Source: Octopus vulgaris
Taxonomy: Eukaryota
Length of the DNA stretch: 64,000 nucleotides
Reading direction: 5' to 3'
Assembly: GCA_951406725.2 (NCBI GenBank)
Contig: OX597821.1
Coordinates: 14,260,001-14,324,000 of the forward strand
Position numbers and translations under genes: made by a program. Of the stretch, positions 40,817 to 52,410 are shown piece after piece (position 1 is the first letter of the stretch; the number at the start of each line of letters is the position of its first letter). Under the pieces are notes generated by a model. The model did no database searches, was not told where the DNA came from, and worked only from the letters and a program-made list of their open reading frames with translations.

Positions 40817-41032
40817 CGAGGGATGCTGAAAAGTTCCTGGATTTGGGTAAAAGAAAATACAGGAGGATCAGTTAATTATGATTTTATTCAACATATTCCC
40901 CTCTCAGATTCACACACTTATTGCAGTGGTCCTTCAGTTTTCCTAAGCTCTGTAAAAGAACTCAGAAGATTGGGCCTCCAACCAGGCCTTTCAATGATAA
41001 CCTTGAAGTCAGGGATTTTTCAGCACTCCCTC
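40817..41032. mobile_element. Mariner-type MITE
   Basis: ta|cgagggatgctgaaaagttcctgg versus tcagggatttttcagcactccctc: imperfect TIRs. Confidence 0.7.
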
Positions 41033-41229
41033 AGAAAGTTTGCTCTGTAATCATTTGGTTTTAATTTCTATCTTACTGTGATACAATTTTGGTAAATATC
41101 TTTCACTAGACCCAAGCAGTTCACTGCTTTGTAAGTGGAATTCCTAGATGGAAACTATATGGAAGCTTAATGCATATCTGTGTGTATATGCTTGTACATG
41201 CACATGTGCATGTGTCTATGTGTTTGTGT

Positions 41230-41265
<36 letters not shown>

Positions 41266-41984
41266 ATACAATTGAAAAGTTTTTCTATGATACTGTTTGA
41301 GGAAAATAGTGATGTTCAGTTTACATAATCTGTAAGCAAATCCTCCTGTATCTCTGTGCATTCAATATGTAAACTCTAGTCCTATAAGAATCTTTCATTT
41401 AAAAAACATACAAAAGTTGGTGACAAGAAGAAGATTTGGTTGTAAAATACTTTTCAACTTAACCCAACATGGAAAAGCTAATGGAAAAATGATGGTTATG
41501 ATGACAACTTAAATGAGAGTTGAGTACACAAATACGCATACATACACACATACAGTTGTCGGAGAACTGCATCCTTCAAAACTTCCATGCTTCCTCAGAT
41601 TCGCCAACACTACACCTGATTTTCTCCCCTCCCATACACATGCAAGCATGTATCTGACTCATACACTGTTCACTTTCCAGACATTTGTACATTACTGCGT
41701 ATGCTTTATACACACTTTTGAAAATTTGTGGTGCACCTGAGCACTGTATACAATAATTTTATTATCATTATTATACATATATATTAATAAACAAATAGGC
41801 ACATGGATTATATGGTCCTGTTGCAATGTTCCATTTAGAGATCATATTGTGACAGATCATCGCACCTTCAGTTATGTAAGACATACAACATCCATAAGAT
41901 TATACTATATATCGCAACAAATCCTCAGAGAACCATATCCTGGTCAATATTAGATATGTTGCTAGACTGGTAAGTTCAACAACA

Positions 41985-42205
41985 TACTCTTTTACTCTTT
42001 CATTTGTTTCAGTTATTTGACTGTGGCCATGCTGGAGCACTGCCTTTAGTCGAGCAAATCGACCCCAATATTATTCATTGTAAGGCTAGTACTTATTCTA
42101 TCGATCTCTTTTGCTGAACCGCTATGTTACGGGGAAGTAAACACTCCAGCATCAGTTGTCAAGCGATGCTGGGGGACAAACACAGACACACAAACATATA
42201 CACAG

Positions 42206-42256
<51 letters not shown>

Positions 42257-42389
42257 CAACAGGCTTCTTTCAGTTTCCATCTACCAAATCCACTCACAAG
42301 GCTTTGGTCGGCCCGAGGTTATAGTAGAAGACACTTGCCCAACATGTGGTTGGTAAGCAAGCTACTTACCACACAGCCACTCCTACGCC
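41985..42389 (-). mobile_element. SINE family A (B-box region deleted)
   Basis: Match to the family. Confidence 0.9.
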
Positions 42390-42736
42390 TACGAATACGA
42401 ATATTCAAACATACGAATATTCAAACATACGAATATTCAAAGTAGAAATACCAATGGTTCAATATTAAAGTGTGTGGGAGTATAACAGACCAATCAGAAA
42501 CTGTAGGTAGCAGAGAAAGACTGATACCCAAACTAGTATCAACTAGTGAAAATATCGGTGGGAGATAAATTAGAATTGAATAGAAAAAAAATTTTTTAAA
42601 TAAAATGAAGTTGAATTGCATATTTTATCTACAAATGCCTGTAAATCTATTGACTCCATCCATAATCAGAAACTTGCAGAAAGAATACATTATCACGGAG
42701 ACTGGCACCAAATTTAAAACTAAATATATACACACA

Positions 42737-42767
<31 letters not shown>

Positions 42768-42840
42768 ATATATATACATACATACACACACACTCACATA
42801 CACATACATACACATATAGATGTAGATAGATAGATAGATG

Positions 42841-42880
<40 letters not shown>

Positions 42881-43121
42881 CATACATACATACAATAAAT
42901 AGGTAGATATTGACTTATGAAATGGTCTGAAGTGAAGTCTTTTCATTATGCCACAGCATAGTTGTATACATGGATTTATGAAACATCTATTCTTGCACTT
43001 CACTTCTCTTATCAGATCAATTTATGTATACACACACACACACACACACATTTACACAAATACATACCTACATAAATATGCATATACATGCATACACATA
43101 CACACATGCATATATATATGC

Positions 43122-43174
<53 letters not shown>

Positions 43175-43175
43175 G

Positions 43176-43374
43176 TTAGTTAATCCAAACAAGAAAGCAC
43201 AAAAAACACAACGCGAGTACGTGGAACAAATATAGTATTATTGGACGTTCAGGAAAGAAGGAGGGTTTAACGTTTCGAGCGGAGCTCTTCGTCGGAAACA
43301 TAGGAGAAGGAAAGATCCAGAGAAGAGAAGACAGAGGAAAAAAAATCGCCAACGGTACACACGAGGTCACATTT

Positions 43375-43377
<3 letters not shown>
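43176..43377 (-). mobile_element. ~200-bp non-coding Penelope-like fragment inserted in (TA)n
   Basis: CpG-containing island with sharp edges, flanked on both sides by (TA)n; carries the hammerhead motif. Confidence 0.55.
43265..43299 (-). ncRNA. Minimal type I hammerhead-ribozyme-like motif (Penelope-type)
   Basis: Minus strand GTTT CCGACGA A GAGC-TCC-GCTC GAAA CGTT AAAC. Core variant CCGACGA, 4-bp stem II, GAAA, palindromic ACGT stem III, stem I GTTT/AAAC. Confidence 0.65.
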
Positions 43378-43430
<53 letters not shown>

Positions 43431-43747
43431 TATATATGCACACATATATAGAAATGTATGTGTGTGTGCCGATATGTATGTTAAAGGATTTTAAACTCAT
43501 AGTTGATAGTGATTATGATTGTCAGAGGTAGTGAAAAGAGAGCAGGAATTTATGTGAATATGATGGGATGTTTTTTAAGTGAAAAGTGAAGCAGTAGGAT
43601 ACTTGTTGTTATATAAATGTAAAGTTTGTGTTTAATTTCGGGTTTAACTTTAGATTACACTATTTAAATTACACCCTATACTTGTATATAGAATTTATTT
43701 GAATAGGTAATATTTAGAAAAATGAGGTTAAATAGATATAAAATATT

Positions 43748-43825
<78 letters not shown>

Positions 43826-43934
43826 TACATATCTATCTATTGATCTATCTACCTCTTAATTTCTTTCTCTCTCTCTCTCTATATATATATACAAACTTAC
43901 ATACATACATATATGCATACATACATACATATAC

Positions 43935-43991
<57 letters not shown>

Positions 43992-46490
43992 CGCATATAT
44001 ATATACATACACGCATACCTACATATATATATACAATATGCATATATATATTTATATATATATATAAATAAATATATATATATATATATACATACACATA
44101 TACAATATATATATATATAAAAACATTTAGAAATGCATATACACACATGCACACATATTTAGACACTGACAAGAGTAGAAATATCTGTATACATATATGC
44201 ACAAACCAACCTATGTAATAAGTAAAAAATATATCTTTACAAAAAGTTGTTTTTAAGCAGTATACAGTTGTCTATATACATATATGTGTTAATATAAGAG
44301 TCAAATATATACACACATATATGAATAGCCATACATGTAGGTTCACTCAGCAGTAAAGACATAGTTTTAAATACAAATATATATAGATAGCCGTACAACA
44401 AATATATTGAAGCACTCAATACTTATGAAGTTATCAATAAGTTAGTTATATGTGCAAATATAAGCAGAAGTAAATGGCATATAAATGGGGAAGTGCATAT
44501 GGTTAAAGGAGATTGTTATTTCTTATGATGAATGCTAGAATATATAATATGTGTTAACTATTGATATATATATATGAGCTTTTAAAAGATATGCATTTGG
44601 AATGTTGAATGAAGAGAAATATTTTGGAAAATGTTATTTCAAAGCTTGCAAGGCTAAGGTTAGAATTTTCCATATAAAGTTTTACTGTATATTTTCTGTT
44701 TTCAAGTCCCAAATTTATTTGGGAATTGAAGCGTCTTTGCTTGTATTTTATTTGTGAATCATATGGGTATGCTAGTGTCAAAGTTTCAACTAATGGTGAG
44801 ATCAATGTATGCATTACCTAAGTTATTGTTTGATATGCAATATCTTCAACTAGGTAATTGAATTCTTAAATGCACTTTTGGAGGTTAATATTGATATTGT
44901 TTGAACATAGTTTCAATCTAAAAAGGTCAGCAGAATTATGGTTTTCAAACAATTTGGCATGGTTGAGTAAAAAATTTTGACAGTATTTTTATTAAATATT
45001 TTGTAGCATTTATCCAATAGTGGGGAGTGTTTACATAATATGGCAAAGAATATTTGTACTATTGGTAAAAACAACAGTTATATTGATTGATTGATTGATT
45101 GATCATACCAAGTAATGTTTCTTTTTCTATTTTAATTGAGAGTTTGAGCTCTGGAAATATTTTCAGTATATTCTATTTTCTCTTAGAATCCACTACATAA
45201 TAGAACTTTATAATTTTTTAAAAACTCTTCCTATTAGATATTTAGACCCATTCAGTTTTGGTACCTCACTCTCAGTTCAAATTACCTGTTCTCTGCATCC
45301 TTTTCCTATAGCTTCCCTCCTTTTTACAATAAGACAGAGCTTACTTGAGATATTTCTCATTATTATTTGTTTGTCTTTCTATTATAACAAACTTTTTAAC
45401 AATTTCACACTAAGTCTGCTCCAAACTGCTTTCCTATCTTTTTACCATCTGTTTGTATTTTCCTGCTATAAATATGCACACACAAAAATTCAACCAATCA
45501 CCAATGTTTAGCTCAACAAAGTAAAAACAGACTTATATTTGTCAACACATATATCAACAAATTCCCTCTCTTTATTTTATTAACCTTGTCCAGATGAACA
45601 GTGGAATTGCTCTTGGTGGGATTTGAACTTGGAGAGTAAAAGAATGGAACAAATACCACAAGGCATATTTTCTGATGATTTAACGATTCCACCAACCTGC
45701 TATAAATTAGTACTGGGTACTGCAATGTAATTTGTGGCCTTTGTTGTTTTAACACTCACTCACACACACATAACTATAAAACCACAACACATTATGTTTT
45801 CTGATGTAAAAACATGGCATTCCTGAATAATTCATAGTAGAAAAGTCTGATTCTGATTCATGCAAATGGTGCTATGATTATAAGCTTATGACTAAAAGTC
45901 TTATATTTTCCTTTTTCTTTATAGTCACTCATGGATACAGTTAGTTCTGTTTGAGTTTGAGAATAGATTAGTGATACCTCTATATATAGGTTTATGATAT
46001 TAGTAACTAACCATGAATTTTTACATTGTTCAGAATTGTAAAATGTGATGAAAAAATAATTCAGTCATTGTACATTTATTTAACGTATGTCATTGTACTC
46101 AACATTTGCACCTGATCAATATCATCTGATCTATAAGAACAAATCTTATTTATACCATAAAAGGAAAGCACCTCTATAAATTGTCTAATTATGTGAAATA
46201 ATTGTTTCTAGTATTGTCACAAGGCATGAACGTTTTAGGGAGAGACATTAGTTGACTGGTACTTTATTTTATAGATCTTGAATAGCAGAGGTGACTTTGG
46301 TAGGATTTGAACTTGGAAAGTAAACTGTTGGAACAAATATCACAAAGAAATTTTTTTGCTGTTTTAACTATGCCACCAGACCACTGCCTTTTATCTAATC
46401 ATGTGAAATAATAATATTTATTAAACCCTTTGAAAGCATTATTGCAATTTACTCATAATCCTATCATATGAAATGTTTTTTTTACATTGG

Positions 46491-46546
<56 letters not shown>

Positions 46547-46839
46547 CATCATCATCATTATTATTATTATTATTATTATTAAAGTGAGCTGGCAGAATCG
46601 TAAGCATACTAGATGAAATGCTTAGTGGTATTTCGTCTGTTGCTACGTTCTGGGTTCATATTCCGCTATGGTTGACTTTGCTTTTCATCCTTTTGGGGTT
46701 GATAAGTTAAATATCAGTGAAACACTGGGGTTGATGTAATTGACTAGTTCCTTTCCTCCAAATTTCAGGCCTTATGCCTTTAGCAGAAAGAATTATTATA
46801 ATTATTATAAGGTGGAGAAGAACTGAGTTACAAGCAGAA

Positions 46840-47640
46840 GAGCTTGTCTCATTCAGAAATGGGCTGAGAGGAAATTATTGCTGAAAAGTCAAGCAGAGAT
46901 GGTGAATGTGTACATTGCCTCTTCAATAACTTATCACCTGACTATTGTACCCTGCTCCGTTTCACATTTCGTTGGACTGGAGGGTTTACTTTCCCACTTC
47001 CTGGAGAAAGGACATGTTCCACTGGTTAGGTGGTCCATCTATTACTAACACTCTCTGGACAATGATCTTGGCATGCCATGGTTGTTAATGCACAGACACA
47101 TGCTGCAGCTATACCACTTACAGATTTTCTTGGATAGTGAGCTGGTGTTGTCTCCTTTTGTAAGACACACGTTCCTACAGCTCATCTCTACTCTCACTTT
47201 CCTTTCCAACTGGAACTTAATAAAGTTGAGGAGAGGTTGACTGAAGAGGAAGGTGCCTTTTCTTAATCCTTTCAGCCTTGTCCACCACACAACCTCTTTT
47301 GCCAAAGTTACAAGAAGAACATAACCTGTCCTGCCTTGTTAAAAGTGGGTGGTGGAGGCGACTCACACAATGGATTTGGTTGATAGTCAGATTCGTTCCA
47401 CTTGTGATAGCAGCTGTTTTACATAACTCTACAAATCAGTGATACTTGGACACTGCACAAGTACATGCAGAATGGCTTCATCAATATGTGTGTATCCCAG
47501 ACAGTCCTGCCTGACAGTGCTTCCATGCCTGTAGACTATATCTCAAACTGGCAGTGATTCTTGGCAGCATTATCAGGCCAGGGATTTTTGGAAGTTATCT
47601 ATGGTAGTATTGGTTCCAAAAGTCCTCCAAAATAGTTCAC
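46840..47640 (-). mobile_element. L1/Tx1-like LINE 3' relic
   Basis: Decayed frame DNFQKSLA..SLPV..DEAILHVLVQCP (zinc-knuckle-like) then AKEVVWWTRLKG; many stops. Confidence 0.65.
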
Positions 47641-47690
47641 ATTAATTTCTAGCGTTTGCACATGTGAATACTAAAAATAATAAAGGTTTT

Positions 47691-48620
47691 GGCTCTCATG
47701 GCTTTTGATTTTTCTGCTCTAGGCACGAGGCCCAAAATTTTGGGGGAGAGGGCAAGTTGATTAGATCGACCCCAGTATGCAACTGGTATTTAATTTATCG
47801 ACCCCGAAAGGATGAAAAGCAAAGTTGACCTTGGCGAAATTTGAACTCAGAAAGAAAAGACAGACGAAATACTACTAAGTATTTCGCCTGGCATACTAAC
47901 GTTTCTGACAGCTCACCACTTTCTCATAGCTTTTGATCTTAACTGATTGGAAGTGTTATCACGTACATGTTTTGTCTTGGTATAAAAGATAAACTACTAC
48001 AAATATCCTGCACAATATCACAGCTTTGCCTGTCAGTTGTTTTACTTTAACCAGTTGAGCATGTCCCTTAGTGTCTGATCACAGGCAGAAGTAGAGGGGA
48101 AGCATCATAGCCATGTGTTGAGAGGAATTCTTTGGGGTTTGAATAATTCACTTTTGGAAACATGAATGTTTCATTCAACATCCTTAAACAACCCTTATTC
48201 AAGGGCTTTTAAAGCAGAATGGCTTACTGAACCAGAAGAAAATTCTAACTGGGCCCCACTTGCAAGGTCATGCTCTGTTTATCTTGATATGAGATCATCA
48301 TGTCATGCACATATGGTTGTAATGCATGTGCCTGGTGTAGCCTTATTAGACAGGTAGTCATGATGGATATAATGTGCTTCGTATATTAGTACTCCAGTGT
48401 CACTTTGATGGCATGCACTGTTCTCTCACTCAATAATAATAATAATAATGACTGATTGGAAGTGTTATCATGTACATTGTTTTGTCTAGGTATAAAAGAT
48501 GGGCTACAGCAAATATTCTGCTCAATACCACAGATTTGCTTGTCAGTTGTTTGAGCTTAACCAGTTGAGCATGTCCCTTAGTGGCTGACGATATGTGCAT
48601 CTCTGACCATGAGCAGAAGT
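47691..48620 (+). mobile_element. (AAT)n-tailed repeat, one interrupted copy plus a partial second copy
   Basis: Matches 24569-25098; SINE inserted at 47710-47919. Confidence 0.8.
47710..47919 (-). mobile_element. SINE family B, tail type 2
   Basis: 16-bp TSD tctcat(g/a)gcttttgat at 47694 and 47922. Further copies at ~25196-25408, 46584-46792 and 49110-49277. Confidence 0.88.
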
Positions 48621-51259
48621 AAAATGTTTGGGCCTGACATGGCTGGTTCTACTGCCAAAAGGTTATAGTGAGTTTTAACAGTTTTGTGTGTTATTAAAAT
48701 GGCTAATCGTTCTTGCATGTTGTAGTAATTTCAGTGTCAACACATGACCACAAATCTAGTCACTTATTAGACAAGTACAGCTCGAAAAAGAATTTCAGTA
48801 AATTTCAGACGATTGAGAAGTAAATCCTTATCAAATATTAATATCATCTTATGCTGAAGATATTTGTCAGTATTTTGAGAAGTGTGAATATATGCAGAAA
48901 GCATCTCAAATGTTTATAACTATATTTATCATTAAGATTGATTTTTTATTATATAAGTACAGTGCTTCAAATTTGATAGATGACTATTGTTGATTAAGTT
49001 AACACCAGTGTTTAACTAGTAATTATTTCATTGCCCAATGGAAAGACTAAAGGTAAAAACTGACCTTGCCAGAAATTGAATGCAAAGTGTAAAAGTATGT
49101 GACTAAATATTCTTTTTTGGAGAGGGGGGGGCTAGTCGATTAGATCGACCCCAGTATACAACTGGTACTTAATTTATCGACCCCGAAAGGATGAAAGGTA
49201 AAGTCGACCTCGGCAGAATTTGAACTCAGAACGTAAAGACAGATGAAATACCTCTAAGCATATTACCCGGCATGCTACCGGCATTTTGTTCAACACTCTA
49301 CTAATTCTACCCATGCAACGCTATGATTTATCTTTTATTGCCCAGTCATAAACAAAAATTAAATTTTTATTATAAAAAGAACGACTTGGTTGTAAAGTAT
49401 AATCTTAAATAAAACTTCTTTAAATTATTAATACACCTAATTGAATTTATTTGTTCTTTTATATCTTTATTTTAAAACGCCTTTTCTTCACATTAGCTTC
49501 ATCTCTCTCTCTCTCTCTCCTTCACACATACAGACACTTGTACCAAACACAGTACTCACAAGCACTCACTGTTATTACAAAGTAGTATGTGAATTGATCA
49601 CTCATTTTTAACTATAACTATTGTGTATTCTTGTGTGTGCACCAGCATGTGAATTTAAACATATTAAGCAACAAATTATGTGAAAGGAAAGAATTGAAGT
49701 TTGAAATTTAAAACCTATATATAAACCGATTGATGTTAAACACCGTTTGAAAGTATTGTCAAGTTTCTATTCTACTCCAGACAGTTTTAGTGGATTCCTT
49801 CTTATATTAAATTTTTCCAAAATACTCAAGTGCGATATATTAACAATAAAAAAAGATGTAATTCTATTGAAAATCTTCATGAGCTTATAATTAATGGTTT
49901 AATTGTATATATATATAACTGAAACTTAAATATAAATATTTTATTTATAATTGAAACTTAAATATATAAATATGTATATAGTAAATTGAAACTTATAATA
50001 CTGACACATTATTCTTATTAAGTATTATTCTATCTAAGTTACAATTTATAATTTTCATAATTTACATAACTGATACTGCAATCATATAATTTTGAAAGCT
50101 TTATCATTGTACCTATGCATTAATTGATGAATATTCTTAATGAGTAATTTTGTTGATCCTAGTATACAACGTCAAAATAACTATAGAACATACAAAATGA
50201 AATGTTCTATTCATGTTAAAGCATTTATGATATATATAGAGAATAATCATAAAATTGATGTTTCATAAACAAAATGAATATGAAATTGGAACAAGAAATG
50301 AATTGGTTCCTAAAACTACTACATATTGATGGATATGAACACAGCAGACTACTATACAATTGTGACACATTATGTGGTTAAATATTGATAGGTACATAAA
50401 GTTTGTATATTTCCTTGAAAGTTTATTCTGAAAGCAGAATAGCAGAAGCAACATTCATTTTTCTTTACCTTATTATTCTTAGAACCATATGAAAAAATCC
50501 TTCCAAACAAAAAAGAGAATGGATTTTTTTTTCTTTGAGAAGTTTCTTTTGGTATGAATATAAGCCAATAATGAACTTACATTCGAAAACACCAGTACTT
50601 TTCAGTAGAGTGCACTTAACAATGTGGCATTTATATTTTAACAATTTACTTGTTATTCAAAATGGTATTTTTTGTTACTTATTTGATGCAAACATATTAA
50701 GTTTCAGAGCTGCCAATATAATTAAATTTATACTAAATCCTGGATTTAGATTCACTGCAAGTCAATTACAAATGCAGAAAACTAACAGAAAATAATGCAA
50801 CAATATAATTGGTGACAAACTGATTTTAAAAAAATTATTATTAAGGTAAACATATTGTGAAGTGCTGTGAAAGTTGCATTTCAAAATCATAAGCTTAATT
50901 AAAGTAAATATTTTAATGATTCAAATATTTTCATGCTTTTTCTATAATTTCAATTAAATATATAAAATATATGAATACTTTAATAAACAGCAATAAAAAA
51001 ACAATCGCTGATGCATGTTTGAAGTCCAATAGGGATATAGAAATGATAATACTAAAATTAAGATTAAAGATTTTTTTTGCATTATTTGTACTTTAAGACA
51101 ATTTCCCTATTTGTTTTTGCTTTAAATTGTTTTAGAATTATCCTAAAATCGAACACTTTTATTTTAGCCAATCAATTGTGCATAGTAATGACTTGTAATC
51201 ATATGCAATCATGTTTCCTTTCATTTCTAGACTTTCACATTAATTAATACTTAAGCACA

Positions 51260-51366
<107 letters not shown>

Positions 51367-51374
51367 TTTTTGTG

Positions 51375-51408
<34 letters not shown>

Positions 51409-51665
51409 GTATATATATATATATATATATATAAATATATGTGTGTGTGTATAGACACACACATACATACATCTATATATGTGTGTGCGTGTGTGAAGTA
51501 ACTAAGATAGATATACTCTCACATATTCTTACATACACAAATGAATTAACAATCTCATACAAATACTTCTTAATTTTCCTTCTTTTTCTTTCTTTCTTTG
51601 TCTCTCTCTCTTTAAATGTATAGACATAAAAAAATAAATATATGCATATATTTATTAGTACTCAC

Positions 51666-52410
51666 CTGACTTTGAATGTGCAATAAGATGATAATTCGCA
51701 AGTTTTTTTCCTGTAGCAGGACTAGCATGGAGACGACTTGATAAAGATGATGTTTTGCGAAATTTCAACTTTGGTCTTGAGTATCTGTGAAGATTGTCTG
51801 TGGAAGAATATGTTCTTTCAATCTGAGAGTCTGCAAAACGAGGATGTTTTTCCCCCGAAAGTGACTTATATCGTTTAAGGGCTGTTTTTGTTGTTGATGG
51901 AGCACCGCCAGAATGGCTACCAATCTTGGTCTGAGCTCTAACATCACCCACAGATGATGATGGAGTTGTACCTGAAGATATTAAGACATTTCGTTGCCAT
52001 GTTGCGGTTAAACCATCATCAATTTTCTGTATAATCTGATCAGATGGCTGGTTGACATTGCCACTGAAACTTTGGCATATTGCACTACCCAATGGAGGAG
52101 CCTTCTGATAGTTAGTAACATCTGAGTTCGATGTGTTATTAGCAAAATCACATTGCATCACAGCTTCGTAAGATGGTAGTTGACTTTGATAAGATGGCTC
52201 CTCCAATGGATTGACACAAATATTTGCCTGATTTGCTGGATCAGTAGATCGTCCTGTGATAGAAGGACTACTCTGCGGGTGTGTGAAACAGCTGGCATAA
52301 GTATCCGTACTAGCAGTACTTTCTTGACGAGGAAGTGTCTTCATCTCAATACAGCCTTTATTGTCACTGTCCATTCCATTAATAGGATCTGAGGGAAATT
52401 CAAACTTGTT
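51666..52410 (-). CDS. Shab: Internal coding exon (745 bp, phase 0 to phase 1), probable C-terminal cytoplasmic region of a Shab/Kv2-family voltage-gated K+ channel
   Basis: Only long non-repetitive ORF (239 aa). Acceptor ttctgttatccatttcattacAG at 52412-52411 adds NKFEFPSDPING in frame before the listed Met. Donor CAG|GTGAGT at 51666/51665. Motifs ESTASTDTYASCFTHP and NICVNPLE resemble, from memory, invertebrate Shab C-terminal motifs and the Kv2 PRC sequence. Exon status is strong; the gene name is unverified. Confidence 0.62.

Larger units (their letters stand above)
42728..44150. repeat. Compound (TG)/(GATA)/(TA)/(CA) microsatellite field
   Basis: Direct reading. Similar fields at ~37380-37640, 51260-51495, 55600-56020 and 60820-61600. 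Confidence 0.95.

Noticed and set aside
42395-42441. CRISPR-like array
   Set aside because: No spacers, eukaryotic context, no cas genes.
51765-52392. Overlapping ORFs 51765-51947(-) and 52180-52392(+)
   Set aside because: Shadow frames of the real exon.
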